A DNA stretch of 64,000 bases from Planctomycetota bacterium (lineage in GTDB: Bacteria > Planctomycetota > UBA8108 > SXIK01). The position numbers were made by a program, and so were the translations under genes. The notes under the pieces are model-generated. The model did no database searches and was not told where the DNA came from. It was given only the letters and a program-made list of their open reading frames with translations. The DNA lies in NCBI GenBank assembly GCA_965223845.1, contig CBDCXR010000004.1, positions 6,528,001 to 6,592,000 of the forward strand, written 5' to 3'. Positions 49,459 to 57,960 of this stretch are shown one piece after another; position 1 is the stretch's first letter; every line of letters begins with the position of its first letter.

Positions 49459-52428
49459 CTACGGGACGCACTCCGAGCCGGTGCAGAGAAAACCGCCATC
49501 TAGCGCGAAGCAACCGTCTCCCTGCGCCGGCGGCGGCCCACTCGCGAAGAGGTAGTTCGCGAGGAAGATCGCGTCGAGGATGTTGAGCCCGCCGTTGCCA
49601 TCGACATCGAGGACGGCGACATTGCCCGGCGCGGTTCCGCAGGGCCCCGTGTGACTGGCACCCGCGAGGAGGAGAAAGCCAGGATAAAGCACGTTCACGT
49701 AGGCGATGAGATCGCTCACGTTGAGATCGCTATCGCCGTTGGCGTCGCCCGCGAGGTGATTCGTCGGCGGAGCCTGATCGACGTTGAGGTTGTCGAATTC
49801 CACCTCTTGCCCGCCGGTCCACGTCCAGAAGCCGAAGTAGCCGCCGCGGTAGGTCGAGTCTTCGACCTCGAAGATCGGCTCATCGGCATCGCCGACGAAG
49901 ACTTGGATGATGTCCGCGGCGACGACGACCTTCCAGCGCGTCGGCGGATCCGGTGTGGCCGCCGCCATCTGGCCGCGGACGATCTCGTTGAACCCACCGT
50001 TGTCGACTCGGGTGAACCGAACGCCGCGGTCGGCGGGGCGGTCGATCCAGTCGATGAAGTACCCGCTGAACTGGCCGCGAGTCGTCGGTTGGTTGCTGCA
50101 GAACTGAAACCCTGCGTGCCTACCGACCGCCGGGACGGTTCCCGGCGCGAGGTACGAGACGTCGAATTCGAACACCGCGGTCTCCTCGGAGACCACCGGA
50201 GGGTCACCGGCCCAGATCCAAAACTCGGAGCCCGTGGGACCCGCGGCGAGAGTGTTTCCCTCGAGTCGCCAGCTATCGCCCTGCGCGATCGTCCAGCCGT
50301 CGACGGCGCCGTCGGGGCGGTTGAAGTCGTCCGCGAAGTCGGTGACAACCTCGGCGACGGTAATCTCTTGAGTAGCCGTCGAGGTTCCGCCTGGACCCGT
50401 GGCCGTGAGCTCGACCGTGTACACGCCGGCGAAGTCGTACGAGTGATCGACCGTCTGGCCGTCGCCCGTCGTGCCGTCACCGAAGTCCCACGAGTACGTG
50501 TCGACCTGCCCGAACGTGCAGCTCGCGTCGAACGAAACCGGGCTGCCGGTAACGTGCGGCGCCGCGCTCACGACGTTGAAGCACGCGTCGACGAGGATCT
50601 CATCGCCGTCGATCAAGACGTTGTCGAACGCGACGACTTGATCGGCGCCGTCCCACGCCCAAAGGCCGAATTGGCCGCCGCGGTAGGTGTCGTCGACGAC
50701 GTCGATCGCGAGCGTGTCGTCGCCGTAGACGCGAATGTTCTCGCCTTCCATCTCGATCCGGATGTTCGCCGGGGGATCGTCGAAAAGGTCTCCAGTGCCG
50801 GCTTGGAGGACTCGCAGACCGGCTCCGTCCCAGGCCGCGAGCGAAAACCCAAAATCGGCCTCGCGATCGATCCACCAGAGCTGATAGCCATTCGTCTCCG
50901 CCGCCCAGCGAATCCCCGGAGTATTCCACGCGAAGAAACAGCCGGCGTGGCGTCCGACGACACCGTTGTTCGAAGGCGCGACGAGCTCCCAGTCGAACGA
51001 GATCGTCTGGTCGGTTCCGATGATCACCGGCGGCTCGCCCGCGAACGCTTGATGCTCGCCGGCCTGGCCGCCGCCGACCGTCGGGCCGGCGATGAGGCGC
51101 TGGTTGTCGGCATCGTCGATCTCCCACGTTCCCGCGTGCACGGTCCAGCCTGTCGCTCGCTGCGGTTTCGCCGTGAAGTCGTCGGAAAAAACCTCCGTCC
51201 CAGCGCCAGTTGTGACGGACACGTTGTCCCACTCGACGTGGTTCTCCGCACCATCCCAGTTCCACAGCGCAGTGATTCCGCCGCGGTAGGTGTCGTCGTC
51301 GACTTCGAATGCGAGCATGTCGTCGCCGAAGACTCTGATCGTCGGACCGTCGACCTCGACGCGCACCGTACCCGGCGGCGAGGCGAACATGTCGCCGGTT
51401 CCGGCCTGGAGGGCGACGATCGCTCCACCGTCCCAGCGAAGGAGATTGAGGCCCTTGTCAGTCTCGCGGTCGATCCAGTGCACTTGGTACCCGCGGGTCG
51501 CGCCGTCCCAGCGCGTCCCGATCTGATTGAAGTTGAGGAGGATGCCGGCGTGGTTTCCGACCGCGCCTCCTCCGGCGCTCAGGAAGTTCCAGTCGAACTC
51601 GACCACGTAGTCCGTCGGGAGCTCGACCGGCGGCTCCCCGGCGAACGCTTGGTGCTCGCCCGCAGCGCCGCCGCCCGATGCCGGGCCGGAGACGAGCTGC
51701 TCGTCGGTGATTTCCCACGCGCCCTGATGCACGGTCCAATCGCGGACGGGGTCACGCGTAAAGTCGTCGGCGAACGCGATCGACTCGAGAACGACGTTGT
51801 CGTAGGCGACGACCTGTCCTTCGCCGTTCCAGGTCCAGAACGCGAAGTGACCGAAGCGATACGTGCTGTCGGTCACGGCGTGAATCAGATCGCCGTCACC
51901 GAAAACAAGAATCCGGTCGCCGATGACCTCGATCGTCCAGCGCGAAGGGGGCTCGGCGTCCGGAGCCGCGGGTCCGTCTCCCGCGGCGACGAGCGAGAAG
52001 GCGCCGTTCGTTCTCTTCGCGATATTGAGTCCGCGGTCAGCGGCCCGATCGATCCACCAGAGGTTGTAGCCACTCCCGGCCCCGCGCGACGTTACGTCCT
52101 GGAAGTTGAACATCACGCCGGCGTGTCGACCGATGACGCCCGGAGGATCCGGCGCGATCCAGCGAATGTCGAACGACAGCCGAAAGTTCCGCGGGAGTGT
52201 GATCGTCGGGTCACCGCCGAAGCACTCCTGCTCGGGGCCGGTGGGCGGTCCGCCGACGAGCTCTCCGCCGACGATGTTCCAGTCGCCGTTATTCACCGTC
52301 CAGCCATCGACGACGCCGTCTGCGCGGTCGAAGTCGTCGGTGAAATTCGTCGCATGGGCACTCGCGCCGCACAAGACGACTCCGAGGAATGTAAGGACAA
52401 CGGCGCCGCTTCGCGCATTTGCTCGCAT
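49459..52428 (-). CDS. Secreted protein: 4x WIDR domains, 1x PKD, divergent dockerin-like domain
   Basis: ATG 52428 after GGAGGGG; signal peptide ending AHA; 4x G[RN]HAG...WIDR..D.G; YSWDFGDG; AGDANGD..LDVDGNG. Confidence 0.88.
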   Translation of the reverse strand: MRANARSGAVVLTFLGVVLCGASAHATNFTDDFDRADGVVDGWTVNNGDWNIVGGELVGGPPTGPEQECFGGDPTITLPRNFRLSFDIRWIAPDPPGVIGRHAGVMFNFQDVTSRGAGSGYNLWWIDRAADRGLNIAKRTNGAFSLVAAGDGPAAPDAEPPSRWTIEVIGDRILVFGDGDLIHAVTDSTYRFGHFAFWTWNGEGQVVAYDNVVLESIAFADDFTRDPVRDWTVHQGAWEITDEQLVSGPASGGGAAGEHQAFAGEPPVELPTDYVVEFDWNFLSAGGGAVGNHAGILLNFNQIGTRWDGATRGYQVHWIDRETDKGLNLLRWDGGAIVALQAGTGDMFASPPGTVRVEVDGPTIRVFGDDMLAFEVDDDTYRGGITALWNWDGAENHVEWDNVSVTTGAGTEVFSDDFTAKPQRATGWTVHAGTWEIDDADNQRLIAGPTVGGGQAGEHQAFAGEPPVIIGTDQTISFDWELVAPSNNGVVGRHAGCFFAWNTPGIRWAAETNGYQLWWIDREADFGFSLAAWDGAGLRVLQAGTGDLFDDPPANIRIEMEGENIRVYGDDTLAIDVVDDTYRGGQFGLWAWDGADQVVAFDNVLIDGDEILVDACFNVVSAAPHVTGSPVSFDASCTFGQVDTYSWDFGDGTTGDGQTVDHSYDFAGVYTVELTATGPGGTSTATQEITVAEVVTDFADDFNRPDGAVDGWTIAQGDSWRLEGNTLAAGPTGSEFWIWAGDPPVVSEETAVFEFDVSYLAPGTVPAVGRHAGFQFCSNQPTTRGQFSGYFIDWIDRPADRGVRFTRVDNGGFNEIVRGQMAAATPDPPTRWKVVVAADIIQVFVGDADEPIFEVEDSTYRGGYFGFWTWTGGQEVEFDNLNVDQAPPTNHLAGDANGDSDLNVSDLIAYVNVLYPGFLLLAGASHTGPCGTAPGNVAVLDVDGNGGLNILDAIFLANYLFASGPPPAQGDGCFALDGGFLCTGSECVP

Positions 52429-52583
52429 GTGACCCCTCCGGTTCGTTCCGAAGCCCGGACTCGAGCGAGCACTCGCCGAACCGTGGGCGCGGAATGTCCC
52501 TCGTTTTGAACTCGAACGTCGATTCCGCCGGGAAACGACACGTCCGTTGCGCTCGACGGCCTCGCTCGAGCGAACATCGACCC

Positions 52584-55500
52584 TCAACGATCGGGAGTGA
52601 TTCTACACTCGATCCCGTCCGGGGTGGGATCGGTTCCGAGCGCCGGAAACGGCGCGGGTGGTGCCTCTCCGCGTTGAAACAAGTACGAGAGTAACCGAAC
52701 GGCATCCGAACCTCGGAGCTCTCCGTCGTCATCGACGTCGGCGGCGTCTTCACAGTTCGCCGGCTTTCCCGCGAAGAGATGGAGGAGAACGCCGATCGCG
52801 TCCGTGACTTGGATACGGCCGTTCCCGTCGACGTCCCCGCGGACGAAGAGCGGACCGTCGTCCGTTGTCCGGGTGACGACGATGCGATCGGAGGTGAGCA
52901 GCGATCCAGCCGCGTCGAAGGCGAGGAGGATGAGCTCGTTCGCTCCCGGCGCGAGGGGGACGGTCACCCGCCAGCGGGTCACCGACGCCCAGTCCGCATC
53001 GGGAGGCGGGTCGACATCGGCGACGAGGACCGAGGCAACGTCGATCCACGCGGACCCCTCGAGAGTCACCTCCGCCTCTGCGGTCTCGAAGTCCTCGCCC
53101 TCGTTCGAAGTGATTTCGAAGGCAACTTCGCGCGGAAGCCGGCCCGAAACGAATCGCTCGCGCGCCGCGATGTACGTTAGGGCGCCGGTGTAGCTCTGTC
53201 GAGCGACCGCCCCGTAGTGCTGAACCCAGGGTGTCATGTAGTCGCGATTGAATGTCGAGTCGATGATCTCCGCAAGGTGCCGGTAGAGCGCGCGCGTGTT
53301 GCGCGGGATTTCGATGACCTTGCGCAGGTTGTGGCCGCCCCAGAGGGGTGCGCCCGTCGAGGCGACGAACGCGAAGTCCATGTCCCACGGGAAGACTAGG
53401 ACTCGCTCGTCCTCGGGGCGGACATAGTAGATGTTATTGTGGAAGTTCCCCGACATGTACGTGTCGCCGATGCCGCAGAGCGAGTACATCGCGAAGGCGC
53501 GCATCCACTGATCGACGTCCATGATCTCACGCGAGCCCGCGTCGATCGCCGCGCGGTCGTTGCCGCCGAGGAGCTGCGCGAAACGCTGGATCGTCGAGTA
53601 GTCGTCCCGCTGGACGTTATTCTCGATGAGGTAGAACCAGCGGTAGTTTTCCTTCCCGTCGCCGAGGTTCGTGTGGTCCGTGCCGAGGACGCTGTCGGGG
53701 AGCGGACGCTTGGGTCCTTCGACGCCGCCGATGCTCGTCGTCGGATGGTAAATCAGCTCGTAAGTGTACTTCGTTCCGTCGCCGCCGTTCTCGAACTGTG
53801 AGTCGAGATACACGCTGCTGAACCGCGCCATGAGGAGGAGCGCGGAGCCGGAGTGGATGCGCCGCGGCGCGATGACGCGGATGAGATCGTCGTACATTCC
53901 CGGGATTCCACCGGCGTGCGTGGCGATGTGCTTGACGAGGATCTCATCCTGAGCACCGAAGGGGACGAAGCCGGCCCAGCCACCCGATCGATCGATCGAG
54001 ATCGTCCGGTGAACGCCGCGAAACGGCTGCTCGGGCGAGAACGTGATGTGGAAGCCCGTGCGGTTGTTGTCCGGTCGACCTCGCTGGCTCCCGCGAAGAC
54101 GCACGCCGACGTCGTAAAAGACCTCGCGCTCGCGGTAGATCACCGTTGCGGGCACCTTCGCGTTGCTCATGAGGTTCGTGATCTCGTGGAGCTCGCGATC
54201 CACCGCCGGTGAGACGAGTATGCGAAGCGGAAACGCATTCGCCTGGCCGGCTAGAGTGTCCGCCGTCTTGTAGAGCGCTCCGGATGCAGGGCCACCGGGG
54301 GGGAGCGTCGAGATCGCGCCCGCCTCGTCCTCGGCCTCGACGTAGAACTGGATCACGTCCGAGGGCGACTCGATGCCGGGAATCTCTCCCGCGAATCGAG
54401 ATCCGTCACCACGCGCCATCCCGGTCTGCTGCCAGTCGCCGCCGTCGACCGACCAGAAGAGCGTGACGCGCCGGAGGTCGTTGTCGTCGTTCGCGTGCAC
54501 GCTGACGGTGACACTCTCGCCGACCTCGGGAAAGAGGGGCGAGTGGTTCAACCGGTCGAGATTCGGCGCGGCGTTCGCTTCGTAGCGCGAATTTCGCTCG
54601 CCCGGCGTCCCGTTCGGCGACGGCGCCGCGAGCACGTTCGTTCGCGCGACGCGATTGAAGTAGAGGCGCGTGTGGAGCTGACGCGATCCCGAGAGCCACC
54701 GGGCGCGGAACGAGATTTCGTACGTGTTTCCGCTCACCACGCGGGCTCCGTCCGCGAGCGTCGTTTCGACGTGATTGTGCATGTGCTCGGTCGCGCCGGT
54801 CGCCACGAGATGGAGAACCTTGTTTCCCTCGGCGTCCGGATCGTCGACGACGCGGCTCTTTCCGTGCGTCCCGAGGAAGCGCCAGGTGTCGCCGCCCCGG
54901 TCGAAGCCGCCGTCTTGGAGCAGCTCTCGCTCGTTCTCGCCGCCCGGGTTCTCGACGACGCTCATGTCGTCGATGAGGGCCTCGCCCGCATCGAAGAGCC
55001 CGAATACGAACTCGTTCCACTGCGTCGGTCCGAGGCGCTGGGAGCCGGTGCCGCGGTAGGCGATCGTCTCCCACTCTGCTGCGCTCTCGTCACTCGCCGC
55101 CCAAGCGCTCGCGATGGCGTTATCGCTCCACGCATTCCGGAGCTCGAGTGACGATCCATTGCCGTCCGCTTCTCCGGGCCACGGTTTTCGATCGAAGTAC
55201 CGCAGCTCGTCGGCCGGATTGCCGTTTGCGTCGGAGAGAACGAGTCGGTCGCTCCTGTGACTCAGACGTCCGGTGAAGTTCCCGTGCGCTTCGACTCCGG
55301 GGTAGCGGGCCGAGAACGCGTCCCGATCGCTCGCGAGAACGAGATGCTCGCCCGCGCCGAGAGTCGTTCCGTCGGGAAACGCGAACGCGATTCCGTTCGT
55401 GAACTCCCAGCCGGTGAGATCGACCGCCGCGTCACCCCGGTTGTAGAGCTCGAGCCACCCGAGCTCGTTCTCGGTGTAGTGCGTCGGAGCGACGAGCGTG

Positions 55501-57767
55501 ATCAGCTCGGAGACCTCCGCGCCGAAGACGATGTCGTTCGAGTTCTCGCTCGATTGATGGACCTCGACCGCGAGGAGGTTCATTCCGGCCCGCAAATGTT
55601 CGATCGGGAGTGGGTACGCTTCGGAGAAGCGCGCGTTCCCGACGCTCCGGGTCGCCTCGGTCTCCGCAGTGATTTCACCTTCCGGCATGTTCTGGCGGAT
55701 GACTTCCTCGCCGTTTAGGTAGACGACGGCGCCGTCGTCGACGAAGAGACGGAGCTGCACGTCGATGTCCCCCGGCTCGGCATCGAGATCGAATTCGGAA
55801 CGGAAGTAGTAGGTCAGCGCGCCGAGCTCGAGCTCCGTGTTCTTCGGCGCGGCGAGGTCCGAGCGCTCGACGAAGAGAAGCGCCGGGCCGAGCGGCCAGG
55901 TCGAGTCGTCGAAGTTTTCGCTGCGCCACGCCGTGCCGAGATCCGCACCGGACGCGTCGTAGCGCCAGACGGAGTCGATGGGGAACATCACTCGTTCCTC
56001 GAATGATCCCGGGGCGGCGAGAATCGGCTTCGGGTGATAGTGAATCTCGTTGATGACGATGTCCGTCTCGAGAACGACCTTGTTCTCCGCGCTGGGAGTC
56101 GCTTCCGCCGGAACGAACCACGGACCGGATCCGTCGGGAGAGCGCGCGCGACTCTCTTCGACGAGCGCGGCGGCGACGACTGCGCTCCCGTCGCGCGAGT
56201 AGAGAAAGAGCTTGTCGCCGACCGTGAGCGGGAAGCCGAGGTCGTCCGGTCCGAGGACGACGCGCTCGCCGGGGGGGAGCGCCTGCGCCGGAAAAACGAA
56301 CGGCTCCGCGCCATCCGCCGAGCTCGCGATCGTGAGACCTTCGAGCTCGAGCTCGGCGGCCGAAGTCGAAATCACTTCGACCCAAGGATCTCCGTCTCCC
56401 GCGAAGACTTCGTTGAACGCGAGGCCGATCGTTGCCGGCGCGCCGCCGCCTTCCGTCGGTGCGAAGTAGTCTCGACCTCCGCGCGAGTTCTCGTAGTGCG
56501 CGGCGATCTCGTCGCCCGAGAGCCCGCGTTTCCAGAACGCGATCTCGTCGAGCGTTCCCGTGTACGGGTGGCGCCGACCGGCCATGTTGCCGAGGAATGC
56601 GGTCGCAACACCTCCTGTCGATGGGGCGGCCCCGGGCTCGAGCTCCGCGCGAATCCTCTCTACGCCATCGATCCAGATCGCCTTCACTCCGGAGTCGGCG
56701 TCGTAGGTGGCGACGATGTGGTGCGCCGCGCCGTCGCGGAGCTCGGCGAGCGTTGGGCGTCCGTCGCGACCGTCGAGTGGCATATCGAGCGCCGTTGTGA
56801 CGCCGCCAGCGCGCATTCCGAAGCTGAGCACGGGCTGGACCGGAGGATCGAGCGCCACGTCGCGATCGTCGAAGGCCTCGTCGTGCGCAAACGCGAGGTA
56901 CAGCCGGCGGGTTCCGTCTTGCTTGCGAAAGATGTGGTCGGTGTCGCCGAGCTCGCCGCTCCATTCGATGGTCGCGAGCGCTTCGATCGCGACGCCGTCG
57001 CGGACGGAGAACCCGTCGGCTGCGCCAACGTCGACGAAGGCGTCAGGCGAATTGTCGAAGTGCGCCGCGCCATCGCCGACGAGGCCGGGAACGCGTTCGA
57101 TCGCGTCGCCGAGCGTACCGTCGCTCTCCCCGATCGAGTCGCGTGCACTCGCGCCCGAGCCCTCGAAGCGCCACAACGAGACGAGGCCCGCGGGTACCGT
57201 CGCCGGGCCGCCGTCGAGCGCGAAGTTCCTCGCGCCGGGCGTCCCGCCGACGCGGCCGCTCGACACCCAGCTCGACGGTGTCGCGCTCCCGGCGTCGGGG
57301 TGACGCTTAGCGAGCGTCGCCCCCGATCCGTCCGGGGCGGTCGGCCAGCGACCGGAGTCGCGGTAGCGAAGCGAGTCCATTACGCGACCGGAATTGTTCC
57401 GGAGCTCGACGCGCTCTCCCGCGTTGTCGAGGCGTCCCTCGAACGGACCGAGGACGCCCGCGATGCCGGTTTCGGCGGCAAGAGTCTCCGGATTCGCCGC
57501 GACGACGACGTACCCGCCGCTCGGAACGACAGTTCCGCGCGGAAACACGAACGCGACGCCGTCCGAGAGCGCCCAGTTCGAGATGTCCATGTCGACGGCC
57601 ATCTGATTGTGGAGCTCGATCCACTCGAGGTCGTCGACGTTCCCGGGCGGGTGGTACATCACCTCGTTCAGAACGACGGTGCTGTCGGCAACCGAAACGG
57701 ATTCGAGGACGAGGACGGCGAGTAGAGACGCGAGAACGCGGAGGATGGGAGATTCACGAGGGTGCAT
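52584..57767 (-). CDS. Secreted lamin-tail-domain/LamG/CotH-kinase-like protein with dockerin-like domain
   Basis: ATG 57767 after GGAGGAG; VVLNEVMYHP..EWIELHN (LTD), LVSLWRFE..GTLDEIAFW (LamG), VGVRLRGS, HNNIYY, PWDMD (CotH), FVRGDVDGNG. Confidence 0.88.
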   Translation of the reverse strand: MHPRESPILRVLASLLAVLVLESVSVADSTVVLNEVMYHPPGNVDDLEWIELHNQMAVDMDISNWALSDGVAFVFPRGTVVPSGGYVVVAANPETLAAETGIAGVLGPFEGRLDNAGERVELRNNSGRVMDSLRYRDSGRWPTAPDGSGATLAKRHPDAGSATPSSWVSSGRVGGTPGARNFALDGGPATVPAGLVSLWRFEGSGASARDSIGESDGTLGDAIERVPGLVGDGAAHFDNSPDAFVDVGAADGFSVRDGVAIEALATIEWSGELGDTDHIFRKQDGTRRLYLAFAHDEAFDDRDVALDPPVQPVLSFGMRAGGVTTALDMPLDGRDGRPTLAELRDGAAHHIVATYDADSGVKAIWIDGVERIRAELEPGAAPSTGGVATAFLGNMAGRRHPYTGTLDEIAFWKRGLSGDEIAAHYENSRGGRDYFAPTEGGGAPATIGLAFNEVFAGDGDPWVEVISTSAAELELEGLTIASSADGAEPFVFPAQALPPGERVVLGPDDLGFPLTVGDKLFLYSRDGSAVVAAALVEESRARSPDGSGPWFVPAEATPSAENKVVLETDIVINEIHYHPKPILAAPGSFEERVMFPIDSVWRYDASGADLGTAWRSENFDDSTWPLGPALLFVERSDLAAPKNTELELGALTYYFRSEFDLDAEPGDIDVQLRLFVDDGAVVYLNGEEVIRQNMPEGEITAETEATRSVGNARFSEAYPLPIEHLRAGMNLLAVEVHQSSENSNDIVFGAEVSELITLVAPTHYTENELGWLELYNRGDAAVDLTGWEFTNGIAFAFPDGTTLGAGEHLVLASDRDAFSARYPGVEAHGNFTGRLSHRSDRLVLSDANGNPADELRYFDRKPWPGEADGNGSSLELRNAWSDNAIASAWAASDESAAEWETIAYRGTGSQRLGPTQWNEFVFGLFDAGEALIDDMSVVENPGGENERELLQDGGFDRGGDTWRFLGTHGKSRVVDDPDAEGNKVLHLVATGATEHMHNHVETTLADGARVVSGNTYEISFRARWLSGSRQLHTRLYFNRVARTNVLAAPSPNGTPGERNSRYEANAAPNLDRLNHSPLFPEVGESVTVSVHANDDNDLRRVTLFWSVDGGDWQQTGMARGDGSRFAGEIPGIESPSDVIQFYVEAEDEAGAISTLPPGGPASGALYKTADTLAGQANAFPLRILVSPAVDRELHEITNLMSNAKVPATVIYREREVFYDVGVRLRGSQRGRPDNNRTGFHITFSPEQPFRGVHRTISIDRSGGWAGFVPFGAQDEILVKHIATHAGGIPGMYDDLIRVIAPRRIHSGSALLLMARFSSVYLDSQFENGGDGTKYTYELIYHPTTSIGGVEGPKRPLPDSVLGTDHTNLGDGKENYRWFYLIENNVQRDDYSTIQRFAQLLGGNDRAAIDAGSREIMDVDQWMRAFAMYSLCGIGDTYMSGNFHNNIYYVRPEDERVLVFPWDMDFAFVASTGAPLWGGHNLRKVIEIPRNTRALYRHLAEIIDSTFNRDYMTPWVQHYGAVARQSYTGALTYIAARERFVSGRLPREVAFEITSNEGEDFETAEAEVTLEGSAWIDVASVLVADVDPPPDADWASVTRWRVTVPLAPGANELILLAFDAAGSLLTSDRIVVTRTTDDGPLFVRGDVDGNGRIQVTDAIGVLLHLFAGKPANCEDAADVDDDGELRGSDAVRLLSYLFQRGEAPPAPFPALGTDPTPDGIECRITPDR

Positions 57768-57960
57768 CAGAGCTCCTCCGCTCCTGAAGACTTCGAGTCG
57801 AATCTTTACGTACCCGTACCCGGTCCCGGCGCGAGAGGACCGCGTCCCCGGAGAAGGTCGACGCGCTGATCGTGACCATCCCTCGCTTCTCGCCGTCGTA
57901 ACCGGAGGTCGCGACGCTCGCCGTTCTACGATGAAGACTCGGGAACGGGAAAACAGATCT

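Noticed and set aside
49651-52509. 952-aa plus-strand ORF, and similar long antisense ORFs (33211..35346, 47636..49255, 56034..57725, 42703..44175, 36156..37580, 62249..63760)
   Set aside because: Antisense shadows of well-supported genes, expected from GC-rich codon bias; no motifs
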